Shown piece after piece: positions 25,480-34,900 of a DNA stretch of 64,000 bases. The stretch spans positions 11,180-75,179 of the forward strand of contig DASTXC010000123.1 in NCBI GenBank assembly GCA_035765675.1, given 5' to 3'. The stretch's first letter is position 1; every line of letters begins with the position of its first letter. The translations under genes and the position numbers were made by a program. Below the pieces are notes generated by a model. It worked only from the letters and a program-made list of their open reading frames with translations, searched no databases and was not told the origin of the DNA. Source of the stretch: Verrucomicrobiia bacterium (GTDB lineage Bacteria > Verrucomicrobiota > Verrucomicrobiia > Limisphaerales > DASXHY01).

Positions 25480-28109
25480 ACAACGGAAGCGGCGGGAACC
25501 AGTTTGGACAATACAAATCCAGCAGCCGAGGTGGATGACACTCGCGAATCACTGGCCGGCACAATCGGCAGGCGCAGAATGAATGTGGTGCCCTGCCCTA
25601 CTTCAGTTTCGAAATTCACCGAGCCGCCGTGCTTGTGAACCACGCTGCCGTAAACCATCGCGAGTCCCTGGCCGGAACCTTTCCCCATCGCCTTGGTTGT
25701 AAAGAATGGTTCAAAAATTCTGGGGCGCACGGCTTCACGGATACCCGCACCGGTATCGCTCACGCGCACTTCCACCCATTCGCCATCGCGTGTGGTGCGA
25801 ATCGTAATCCGGCCCTTTTCACCGCCGCGATCTTTGACGACATCACCAATCGCATGCGCGGCGTTCACAACGAGATTCAAAATCACCTGATTGAATTCCC
25901 CGATCAAACACGGCACCAGCGGCAGCGCGGGATCAAGCTGCAGATCCAGGTCCGCAACATATTTCCATTCGTTGCGCGCGACGGTGGTGGTGGTCTCAAT
26001 GGCTTTGTTCAAATCGGCGGGCGTTTTGTCGCTGCCGCCCGGATGCGAAAACTCTTTCATCGCGCGAACAATTTTCGTCACGCGCTCCACGCCTTCCAGC
26101 GTTTCGCGAATCGCGGCAGGAACCTGATCCGAAAGATAATCCAGATCGGCCGCAGCGAGCGCGGCATCCACTTTGGCGATCAGTTCGGCGCTGGCTGAAT
26201 TATGCTTCGCCGCCTGCAACAGTTCGCCGTACGCCTGCACGACTTTGAAAATGCTGTCGAAGGAATCTTTGAGAAAGCGCGTGTTGTCGCCGACGTATTG
26301 CGTGGGCGTGTTGATTTCATGAGCGATTCCCGCGGCGAGCTGGCCGATGGCTTCGAGCTTCTGCGACTGCCGCAATTGCAGTTCGGACATCTGCCGCCCC
26401 AGTTCGGCTTCCTTCAACGCGGTGATGTCTTTGGAAATGCCGAATGTGCCGATGATTTTTCCCTGCTCGTCGCGCAACGGCATTTTGTTCGTCAACACCC
26501 AGGAAACGCGCTCGTTGGATTTTAACTTTTCCTGTTCGACTTTGCCGATCAGCGGCTCACCGGTGCGCATGATTTTCTGTTCATCTTCAAACGCATCGCG
26601 CGAATGATCATCATCAAAAAAATCAACATCCCTCTTGCCGATCAGATTCTCCGGCAATTCGCCAAAGCGCCGCGCCAGCGTTCGGCTGCAACGCAGAAAC
26701 CGGCTTTCGCGATCCTTGAAATAAATGAAGTCCGGCGAATTCTCGAGCAGCGTGCGGAGCAACTCGCGCTCATACGCCAGCTTCTCTTCAAAGCGCTTGC
26801 GTTCGGTGATGTCGCGTGAAACACCCACCAGCCCGGTGAAATTTCCCTGCGCGTCGCGCAACGGAACTTTGGTTGAGGAAATCCAGATTGTTTCGCCCGC
26901 CGCGGTTTGAACCTGTTCGGTCGCATCGAGCATCGGTTCGCCTGTCGCAAAAATCCGGCGCTCGTCCACCAACGCCTGGCGCGTCAGCCGCGATGACAGA
27001 AAATTCGCATCGGTTTTTCCAATCGCCTTTTGCGGATCGCTCAGGCCCAGCATGCGCGCGTGCGCCTGATTGATGCGGGTGAAACGGGAATCCGCGTCCT
27101 TGAAAAAAATGCAGTCCGGCAGGTTGTCCATCAGCGCCTGCAGCAGATCGCGTTCGCGCGCGAGTGCTTCGGTGCGTTCAGTCACGCGTTTTTCCAGTTC
27201 CGCCTGCGACGACAATAAACTCTGCTCGGCGCGTTTCTGATCTTCAATATTGGTCGCCGTTCCCACCCATTGAATAATTTTACCGGATTGATCGCGCAGC
27301 GGATGAGCGCGACCAAGATGCCAGCGAAAAATTCCGTCGGCAGCTTTCAGGCGATATTCCGTTTCGAAAACTTCGCCGCTGGCGATGCTGCGTTGCCACT
27401 GCTCTTTTACACGCTCCGCGTCTTCCGGATGCACCAGCCCCGCCCAGTCGCCGTCCGCGATTTTGGTAGAATCAGCCCCAAAATATTCATCCGCGCGGCG
27501 ATTGGCGTAATCGATTGCCCCATCCGGGCGCGACGTCCAGACGATTCCGGGAATCGTGTTGGTCAGAAATTCGTAACGATGTTCGCTCTCCTGCAGGCGC
27601 TGCATGTGCAGTTTCGTTTCCTGCGCGAGATTCCATTTGGCGGTGAACGCGTTGGCAAGCTGCAACACTTCCACCACTTCAAACGGTTTTTTCAGAATGA
27701 CGAAGCTGTCCATGTTGCCGAGCTTGGCGGACATGGCTTCCCAGGAATAATCAGCATACGCGGTGCAGAACGCGATCTGGAGCTGCGGATCGACTTCCCA
27801 GATTTTCGCGGTGGTCTCAATGCCGTCCCAGCCCGGCGGCATGCGCACATCCATGAACGCCATCGCGTACGGACGTCCTTCGGATTGCGCGCGCTGAGCC
27901 ATCTGCAGCGCTTCCTCACCTTGAAAAGCGAAATCCATTTCGAAAGCGACATGAGCCGGGTTGACCGCGATGTCTCCGAAGAGCGCCGCTTCCGCCGCCT
28001 GGAATTCGGCTTCGGCGGACTGGTTGTTCCCGAGAATCTTGCGAAAGTCCTGATGAATCGCGGGATTGTCATCCACGATCAGAATTCTGCGGCTGCTGTT
28101 GGTCGTCAT
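25476..28109 (-). CDS. Hybrid sensor: N-terminal REC, multiple PAS domains, HisKA + HATPase_c
   Basis: [12 protein letters not shown]...[12 protein letters not shown] (REC). At least four PAS-like repeats (IVWTSRPDG..., [11 protein letters not shown]..., [11 protein letters not shown]...). H-box [12 protein letters not shown]-box [10 protein letters not shown]-boxes SDTGAGI and [11 protein letters not shown]. Confidence 0.9.
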   Translation of the reverse strand: MTTNSSRRILIVDDNPAIHQDFRKILGNNQSAEAEFQAAEAALFGDIAVNPAHVAFEMDFAFQGEEALQMAQRAQSEGRPYAMAFMDVRMPPGWDGIETTAKIWEVDPQLQIAFCTAYADYSWEAMSAKLGNMDSFVILKKPFEVVEVLQLANAFTAKWNLAQETKLHMQRLQESEHRYEFLTNTIPGIVWTSRPDGAIDYANRRADEYFGADSTKIADGDWAGLVHPEDAERVKEQWQRSIASGEVFETEYRLKAADGIFRWHLGRAHPLRDQSGKIIQWVGTATNIEDQKRAEQSLLSSQAELEKRVTERTEALARERDLLQALMDNLPDCIFFKDADSRFTRINQAHARMLGLSDPQKAIGKTDANFLSSRLTRQALVDERRIFATGEPMLDATEQVQTAAGETIWISSTKVPLRDAQGNFTGLVGVSRDITERKRFEEKLAYERELLRTLLENSPDFIYFKDRESRFLRCSRTLARRFGELPENLIGKRDVDFFDDDHSRDAFEDEQKIMRTGEPLIGKVEQEKLKSNERVSWVLTNKMPLRDEQGKIIGTFGISKDITALKEAELGRQMSELQLRQSQKLEAIGQLAAGIAHEINTPTQYVGDNTRFLKDSFDSIFKVVQAYGELLQAAKHNSASAELIAKVDAALAAADLDYLSDQVPAAIRETLEGVERVTKIVRAMKEFSHPGGSDKTPADLNKAIETTTTVARNEWKYVADLDLQLDPALPLVPCLIGEFNQVILNLVVNAAHAIGDVVKDRGGEKGRITIRTTRDGEWVEVRVSDTGAGIREAVRPRIFEPFFTTKAMGKGSGQGLAMVYGSVVHKHGGSVNFETEVGQGTTFILRLPIVPASDSRVSSTSAAGFVLSKLVPAASVV

Positions 28110-28217
28110 TGCAAAAGCGATTTTGTTCCGGCTCTGAATCCCTTCGCGACGGAAATCAAAACAAGACTCATTGCTATCGGCAAAAATGACCGGGGATAAA
28201 ATTATTTTTGAGACCGT

Positions 28218-28252
28218 CAGTCCGTAGTCAGTAGTCAGTAGTTAATAGTCCG
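28218..28252. repeat. Heptamer microsatellite (CAGTCCG TAGTCAG TAGTCAG TAGTTAA TAGTCCG)
   Basis: Five consecutive 7-nt units read directly from the sequence. Confidence 0.85.
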
Positions 28253-28261
28253 TGGTGGAGC

Positions 28262-28291
28262 GGCTCGCGCTTGCGAGCCGCTGGCGCGAAC
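28262..28291 (+). repeat. Repeat family F (GGCTCGCGCTTGCGAGCCGCTGGCGCGAAC)
   Basis: 27/30 identical to 42679-42708 (GGCTCGCGCTTGCGAACTGTTGGCGCGAAC). Confidence 0.85.
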
Positions 28292-28416
28292 CGGTTCTTC
28301 GCGCCGCTTTCGAGATTTGAGCTTTTTCCGAACGGGCGCGGAACAGTGCGCCCGGGCTGCCGCAGCGCGGCAGCCGCTACCCGGAAATAAGCGCGCCCGA
28401 CTCGAAACAGCATCCA

Positions 28417-28490
28417 ACCCGAGACCCGAGACCCGAAACCCAAAACCCGAAATCCGAAACCTGGAGTTTGGAATTTGGACTTGGAACTTC
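28417..28490. repeat. Array of ~10.5 tandem heptamers that drifts from ACCCGAG to TTTGGAA/CTTGGAA (merges into family E)
   Basis: Units in order: ACCCGAG, ACCCGAG, ACCCGAA, ACCCAAA, ACCCGAA, ATCCGAA, ACCTGGA, GTTTGGA, ATTTGGA, CTTGGAA, CTTC. Confidence 0.9.
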
Positions 28491-28522
28491 AACGCGCCCC
28501 CGCTTCGCCCGTCCTCCATCCA

Positions 28523-28543
28523 CTATCATCTATCCTCTATCAT
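28523..28543. repeat. Heptamer microsatellite CTATCAT CTATCCT CTATCAT
   Basis: Three consecutive units read directly from the sequence. Confidence 0.8.
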
Positions 28544-28699
28544 CGTCCCCAACCTTCTCGGCAATTTTTCCCCACCCAGTCATTTTTGCCGGGTTCATCC
28601 ACCGCACATCCCTTGGCATTTTCAACGTTTCCCTCGGAAAACCAGCAGTTTCCGACGATTTTCAACTGCTGGCATGTGCGTTGCTAAACGCCCCTCGGC

Positions 28700-29128
28700 A
28701 TGAAATGCATGAACACGATTGAAACGGAAGCGCCGACGCAGATAGTCACCTGCGAGGTGCGAATGCCCATGGGCATTCTTGGCTTCGAGCAGATGAAAAA
28801 TTATCTGCTGATCGCCAATCCCGAGGAAGCGCCCTTCCGCTGGCTTCAGGTCAAAGACAATCCATCACTCGCATTCGTCGTCATCGATCCTTTTCTCGTA
28901 GTGCCGGATTATCATCCCGACATTCCGCAGAGCGACGTGGAATTTCTCGGGCTCGATAAACCCGAAGAAGCCGCCCTGCTCAACATCGTCACGCTGCACG
29001 GTTCCAATCGCGCGACCATCAATCTCAAAGGCCCGGTGGTCGTCAATCGCAATACCGGCGTCGGCAAACAGGTCATTCTCGCCAACGCCGCGGAATATTC
29101 CGTCCAGCATCCGCTGCCCCTTTCGTAA
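28700..29128 (+). CDS. fliW: Flagellar assembly factor FliW
   Basis: 142 aa. MPMGILGFEQMKNYLLI...PFRWLQ...SLAFVVIDPF...PDY...TINLKGPVVVN...GKQVIL is typical FliW/DUF180. Located directly upstream of csrA. Confidence 0.9.
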   Translation: MKCMNTIETEAPTQIVTCEVRMPMGILGFEQMKNYLLIANPEEAPFRWLQVKDNPSLAFVVIDPFLVVPDYHPDIPQSDVEFLGLDKPEEAALLNIVTLHGSNRATINLKGPVVVNRNTGVGKQVILANAAEYSVQHPLPLS

Positions 29129-29146
29129 TTTTTTCAACCTGCCACC

Positions 29147-29419
29147 ATGCTCATTCTCTCCCGCAAATCCGGCGAAAGCATCGTGATCGACGGCCGCATC
29201 CATTTGAAGATCGTGCGCGTCGAAGGTGATGTCGTGAAGGTCGGCATTGAAGCCCCGTCCGACGTGCCGGTGCATCGGCAGGAAGTTTACGACGAAATCC
29301 AGCGCAACAACAAACAAGCGCTCACCACACAAAAAGCGCCGCTGCCCCGGATTCCGCTCGCAAAAATCAAATCTCCGGCCGCCGCCGCATCTCCGGCCGC
29401 TCCCTCGAAAAGCCTATGA
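29147..29419 (+). CDS. csrA: Carbon storage regulator CsrA (flagellar type, Pro/Ala-rich C-terminal tail)
   Basis: MLILSRKSGESIVIDGRIHLKIVRVEGDVVKVGIEAPSDVPVHRQEVYDEI, followed by a ~35-aa tail. The stop overlaps the flagellin ATG (ATGA, 29416-29419). Confidence 0.95.
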   Translation: MLILSRKSGESIVIDGRIHLKIVRVEGDVVKVGIEAPSDVPVHRQEVYDEIQRNNKQALTTQKAPLPRIPLAKIKSPAAAASPAAPSKSL

Positions 29420-30219
29420 TCATCAGCACCAACATCAGCTCGCAGCTCTCCGCCAACAATCTGGAGGCCAGCCAAACCCTGCTCAGCAAGTCGCTCTCGC
29501 GCCTCAGCTCCGGCAGCAAAATTGTCAGCCCGGCCGATGACGCCGCGGGCATGGCGGTGGGTTCGCGATTGACCGCGCAGATTCGCCGCGTTGATGCCGC
29601 GCGCGGCAATGTAGGCAATGCGATTTCCTTTACCCAGACGCAGGACGGTTATCTCAAGAAGATTGCCGACGCCCTCACCCGCATGAGCGAACTTTCGCTC
29701 CAGGCGCAGGACGTGACCAAGTCCGACGCGGACCGCACTTTGTATCAAAGCGAATATTCGCAGCTCAGCGAATTCATCAGCACGTCGGCCACAACCGATT
29801 TCAACGGCGTGAGTTTGTTCTCCGGAGCGACCATTGACGTGACGCTCGATTCCGAAGGCAACACGCTCACGATGAATGGCATCAGCCTCAGCTCACAGAT
29901 TTACAACGACGTTCTCGGCGCAGATCTCAACACCGTCGCTGACGCCCGCCTGGCGCTCGACAAAGTGAAGCTCGCGATCACGCAGCTTTCGCAGGATCGC
30001 GCCGGCATTGGCGCCTATCAATCGCGCCTGAACTACACGTCCGATCAATTGACCGTCAGCAAAGAAAACCTGACCGCCGCGAATTCGCGGATTCAGGACG
30101 TGGATGTCGCCGAGGAATCCACGGAATTTGCGAAGCAGAATATTTTGGTGCAATCCGGCACCGCGATGCTGGCCCAGGCGAACAGCCTGCCGCAGAGCGT
30201 GCTGAAGTTATTGCAATAA
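29416..30219 (+). CDS. Flagellin (short, 267 aa)
   Basis: MIISTNISSQLSANNL...LSRLSSGSKIVSPADDAAGMAV (N-terminal D0/D1). C-terminal NSRIQDVDVAEESTEFAKQNILVQSGTAMLAQANSLPQSVLKLLQ. Confidence 0.95.
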   Translation: MIISTNISSQLSANNLEASQTLLSKSLSRLSSGSKIVSPADDAAGMAVGSRLTAQIRRVDAARGNVGNAISFTQTQDGYLKKIADALTRMSELSLQAQDVTKSDADRTLYQSEYSQLSEFISTSATTDFNGVSLFSGATIDVTLDSEGNTLTMNGISLSSQIYNDVLGADLNTVADARLALDKVKLAITQLSQDRAGIGAYQSRLNYTSDQLTVSKENLTAANSRIQDVDVAEESTEFAKQNILVQSGTAMLAQANSLPQSVLKLLQ

Positions 30220-30275
30220 CAAGTGTCCAGCGAATTTCGTCGGTCGCCGATTGACGGGACCGCTGGCTCCTTCCT

Positions 30276-30312
30276 CGGGCGGGTCCCCATCACAGACCCG
30301 CCCGGTTTTTTT
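30276..30312 (+). terminator. Rho-independent terminator after flagellin
   Basis: CGGGCGGGTC (30276-30285), loop CCCATCACA, GACCCGCCCG (30295-30304), followed by GTTTTTTT. Confidence 0.9.
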
Positions 30313-30326
30313 AAACGCGGAAAAAC

Positions 30327-31052
30327 ATGGAACAACACAGGCAACTGAGTTCAGCCCGACGCCGGTTCACTTTTGAAACCGCCGCTCGTCCCGCCGCCAC
30401 GATCGCGACTGCGGCTGCAGTCAATCAACCGCGTTGCGTTCCGCCGAAATCCACCGACCTCGCCGATCTCAAAGACTGGTGCCTCACGCGCGCCGACGAG
30501 TGGTACGCGCAAAAGGAATTCGGATTCGCCCGCGACTTTCTGCAACACGCCCTCGACCTCGATCCGTTCGACGTCGAAATCTGGATCGCGCTCGGCAGCC
30601 TGCATTTCACTTCGAACAATCTCGATGCCGCGCTGTTTGCTTTCACACAAGCTGATGAACTGCGTCCCGACAATGCGACGCTCCAGCTTCATCTCGCCGT
30701 GGTGCAGCAACACCGCCAAAGCTGGGCAAACGCTGAAACCCATTTCCGCAACTCACTCGACCTGCAACCCGAGAACCTCGGTGCGCTGAAACTTTTTGCC
30801 GGTTTCCTGATGGCCGGCGAACGCTTCGCCGAAGCCCGCGAAATTCTTGAACGCGCGCTGATGCTGGATCTGGATGATATGGAGATATTCCTGAGCCTTG
30901 GGGTTTGTTGGTATCGATTGAAGCGATATCATGCCGCGAGATCGTGCTTCAACCGAATCCTGACACTTAGCCCCCACGATCCGATCGCTCAGGGAAACCT
31001 GAACGCAGCCGAACGCGAAATACTCAACCAGCAAAACGAATTCAAACCATGA
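30327..31052 (+). CDS. TPR repeat protein
   Basis: Several TPR units (WYAQKEFGFARDFLQHALDLDP, IWIALGSLHFTSNNLDAALFAFTQADELRP, ...). The stop overlaps the next start (ATGA, 31049-31052). Confidence 0.75.
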   Translation: MEQHRQLSSARRRFTFETAARPAATIATAAAVNQPRCVPPKSTDLADLKDWCLTRADEWYAQKEFGFARDFLQHALDLDPFDVEIWIALGSLHFTSNNLDAALFAFTQADELRPDNATLQLHLAVVQQHRQSWANAETHFRNSLDLQPENLGALKLFAGFLMAGERFAEAREILERALMLDLDDMEIFLSLGVCWYRLKRYHAARSCFNRILTLSPHDPIAQGNLNAAEREILNQQNEFKP

Positions 31053-31915
31053 ATGTCTCCACCGCTTCATCCACCACTGATACAATTTCAGGCCCCGAGT
31101 CGCTCCCCCTGCTGCCGGGAAGCAAGGCAGCTTCGCTCTTCGCCAGCATCCGGCCGCCACACAACAAACTGTTCAGCCGTTATCAGGCGATGTTTCCCTC
31201 GATTGAAGGCTGGCTCTTCTGGGAAGCCGTGCTGCTGCTGCAGCATCTTAACCGCGCTCAAGTGGCGGAAGGCATTGTCGGAAACTTCGCCGAAATCGGG
31301 GCGTATCGTGGCAAGCTGAGCCTGGCAATGGCCACATTCCTGAACCCCGACCGGGAACTGCTGATTGTCAATGACATCTTCGACATGCCCGAACTCAACA
31401 CTTCCTGTTCGGGAATGGGCGCCACCGTTTCCGCCTTCGCTCAGAACTTTCGCAAACTCGATCCCGATCCAAAATATGTCCGGCTGCTGATCAAACGCAG
31501 CGACGCCGTTACGCCGGAGGAGATCGGCTCCGGAATCCGGTTCTTCAGCGTGGATGGCGGCCATTCAGCCGATGAAACCCGGAACGACATGCGCGTCGCG
31601 GCACTCACACTGCATGATCGCGGAATGATTGTTCTCGACGACTATTTCAATCAAGAATGGCCCGGCGTTGCTGAGGGCGTGGACGATTATTTCAAACAGC
31701 ATGACGATCTCGCGCCGCTGGCGGCGTTCTATAACAAGTTCGTTTTCGTGAAACGGTCTTCGCTGGAATGGTTCAGAAATCTCCTTCAGAAGCATGCATT
31801 CGATGCGTTCTGCCAGAGCAACAACTGGCTGGTGCGCGCCCGAACGCTTCATGGCTTCGACTACCGTCTGGTGTCAACGGCAAAGGCGGTTCGCCCTGCG
31901 CCGCCCGTTCAGTAG
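31049..31915 (+). CDS. Class I SAM-dependent methyltransferase-like protein (Methyltransf_24/TylF-like, by eye)
   Basis: GNFAEIGAYRGKLSLAMATFL...LLIVNDIFD and FFSVDGGHSADETRNDM...GMIVLDDYFNQEWPGV resemble glycan/macrolide O-methyltransferase folds. Confidence 0.55.
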   Translation: MNVSTASSTTDTISGPESLPLLPGSKAASLFASIRPPHNKLFSRYQAMFPSIEGWLFWEAVLLLQHLNRAQVAEGIVGNFAEIGAYRGKLSLAMATFLNPDRELLIVNDIFDMPELNTSCSGMGATVSAFAQNFRKLDPDPKYVRLLIKRSDAVTPEEIGSGIRFFSVDGGHSADETRNDMRVAALTLHDRGMIVLDDYFNQEWPGVAEGVDDYFKQHDDLAPLAAFYNKFVFVKRSSLEWFRNLLQKHAFDAFCQSNNWLVRARTLHGFDYRLVSTAKAVRPAPPVQ

Positions 31916-31934
31916 TCATAGCCGACCGAACCTC

Positions 31935-34900
31935 ATGAATCCCGCCACTTTCATCAGCTCAAACGCCGCGGTTCGTGAAAGCCAATCCACGCCGTTCGTG
32001 GCGCTGTTCAATGACACGGGACGGACCGCGCATGTTGGATGTCGGGGAGTCTCGCTCGCCCACGACACAATGCTGGCAGCAGCCGGTTTCAAAATTGCGG
32101 TCCGCAGTTTTCTCGGCGAATGGCATGAACTCTGGCAAGGAAATCCGGAAAACTCTCTCCGCGCTTTTCGCAATTCCAGGCTCGCCCGCGATTTGCGGAG
32201 AGTGGATGCCGTGATTGTCAATGGCGAGGGCACCATCCATCACGGCGGCGGGCTGCATCTGCTCACGATTCTCGCGGGCGCACAGGAAATGGGATTGCCC
32301 ACGTTCCTGGTGAATGCGGTTTTTCAAGAGTGCGAGTGTTATGCCGATACACTTCGGAAGCTCACCGATTTCACGGTTCGGGACGCAGCTTCATCGGCTT
32401 ATCTGAAACAACTCGGCATTCCCCATCGCATTGTTCTGGATTCCATCTTTGATGCTCCTTTTGATTCCAATCCGCTGAATGATTTCAAAGGCAAAGTGGT
32501 GATCACGGACTGGCATCCGACCCGCGAGGGCGACGTGGGTTGCGCGCTGAAACAACTGCTTCGCGAGTTGGGCACTGAAGCCGTTTTCTACCCGTTGGAG
32601 GATCCGCAGCGGGAACGAGACTGGCGCCACGCGGTCGCGGACCTCGCCCAGGCAAAGCTCGTAATTACGGCCCGTCACCACGGCGTTTGCCTTGCTGCGC
32701 TGGCGGGCGTACCGTTTGTTGCTCTGGGATCGAACACCTGGAAAGTCGAGGGAATGTTAGAACTGCTTCCCGGAAATCTGAAAGTGTGTTCAGACCTCCC
32801 TATGTTGCGCCAGGAGTGCGAACGCGCCGCGTTAAACCGGAAACTTTTTAAGGAAATTCAAAGACATGTTCTCGGCCAACGCCCACTTTCCACCTTTGAG
32901 AAACTGGCGTGCCTTCCCCCGAACAAACCGTTGGCCACCCGGCGATTAAAAATCGATTTAAACAAACCCATGAAGACCAGCACATCGGGCATCCTGCTGC
33001 TGCCTACCGGCATTTCGCAGTTAGCGACAATGATCGCAGCACTGCGCCAGATGAACATCGAGACCGGAGACCTGCGCGTGCTTTCAATCATCTCCTGTTT
33101 CAACGCCGCCATGGAAACCGCCCTGCGCGCGGCCTGCGAGATTTGGGGAGCGCGTTACTGCGGAAACATTTCCAGGGTTGTTCGAAACTGGCGGCTCGAT
33201 CCTGACCAACTCAGCCCTGCGGAAGCTCAATCATGGCGGAGCCATCCGGAAGAAGTGATCAGTGAACGCCTGCTTCAAATAGTTCCCGAACTCCGCGAGC
33301 ACTGCGGTTTGCGAACGCTCGTGCCGGCGCGTCCTAATATGCCGGAAGATTTTTACTTTTTATCCGCGCTCAAACCTTCCTCGGTGCATCTGGTTGCCGA
33401 TGGAATCCAGAACGAACTTATTCTCCGCGACTGGACCACGCCCGATTGGCGCGGGTTCAATTCAACTTTGGCTGTCTTTCCCGCCAAAGCCGATATCTGG
33501 TGCCCGGATTATTTGGCTTTGGACAGCGCCGAAATTGGAAACGCAAAGGTGATTGAACCGGCTATCATGTCTGCGGTTTACCGCGAACTGGCCGCCAGTT
33601 CCCTCGGCAAGCACCTTGAACAGCAGATCCGAAGTTGCGGCACGCTTCCCCCGGCGATTGTTCTCAGCCAGCATTTGGGGCTCAGCAAGCTATGCACCGA
33701 GACTGAAGAACTGGATTATTATTCGGCCATTCTTTCGCACCTGGAAAAGGAAGGACTTTCTCCTGTTCTGTTCAAACGTCATCCGCGTGATCCCGGCGCC
33801 AAGACTCAGCGTTTGCTGACAGAATTCCCCAAGGACCGCCTGCCGGTTGTGTTCACGGATGACCTGGCGGCTTGCGTTCCAATTGAATGCCTTCTCCCAT
33901 TGTGGGCAGGGCAGGAACTGACAGTGATTGGCTCATCCTCCTCCGCACTCCTCGGATTACGTAATGACGCATGCGTCACCAGCCTCTGCGCCGACGCGGA
34001 TTTTGTATCCGAACCGCTCCGACAGCAGGTTCTCCAATTTTCCGCAAAACACGGTTTAAAACAATTGCGGCTCGAGAATCCGGCCGTTTCAAATCCGATT
34101 CTGCCGGCCGAAATCGCGGTCCCGCAGACACAGAAACACATTCTGTTCGTCTCGCACGATGCTTCCCGCAGCGGCGCGCCGATGTTTCTTTTGAACCTGC
34201 TGCGCTGGCTGAAGGCGAACACGTCCGCATCCTTCAAAGTTCTCCTCCGCAACGGCGGCCCGCTTGAACCCGAATTCCGCACATTGGCCGAGACTTTCAC
34301 GCCGGAAACATTTGGACGCCATGGCCGCAACCTGGCTGGCGTGAATCTGATTTATTCCAACACCTGCACCAACGGCGAGTTGATCGATTCGCTCGGGCGG
34401 GGCTCCATTCCAGTGCTGACGCACATGCACGAACTGGATTACGCCATTTCGTATTTCGGAGAGAAAAGCTGGATGGCTGCCACGCGCCAGACGTCGCATT
34501 ACTTTGGCTGTGCCGAAGCTGTCGTTCAGACGCTCGCGCAACGCGGAATTTCTGGAAATGTTTCCCGTCATTACGAAGCCATTTCGGTGCAAGAGGTACA
34601 AGCCCGGGCTGCATTGACTCCGCGCGTCGAGGCGAAAAAGAACAACCAGATTCCTGAAAACGCTTTCGTCGTTGCAGCCTGCGGTTCGGCCGACTGGCGA
34701 AAAGGCACCGACCTTTTCATCGAACTCGCTCAAGTGTTGAAGCAGTCGAAAACCAGCCGCCCGGTTCATCTCGTTTGGATCGGACGCTTTCCCGATGACA
34801 ACCATCGCCAACAATACCTTGCAGCCGTTGCGAAAGCGGGCGTGCCGGACCGTCTGCATTTTGCCGGCGAACAAGCGAATCCCTGTCCCTTGCTGAATGC

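Noticed and set aside
28417-28490. Tandem short repeats considered as a possible CRISPR array
   Set aside because: The unit is 7 nt with no spacers, and no cas genes are in the window. It is a microsatellite-type heptamer array, not CRISPR.
28600-28699. Sigma-28 promoter for the fliW-csrA-flagellin operon (TCAACGTT-N11-ACCAGCAG)
   Set aside because: The -35 resembles the flagellin promoters, but the -10 matches GCCGATAA in only about 3 of 8 positions. This is not good enough to call. The 9-bp hairpin CCAGCAGTT/AACTGCTGG (28642-28672) was noted but not interpreted.
31794-31934. Upstream extension of the megaprotein ORF overlapping the methyltransferase gene by 122 nt
   Set aside because: The overlap lies in another frame of a well-supported gene. 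The first ATG after that gene's stop (31935) gives a sensible N-terminus, though the true start remains unverified.
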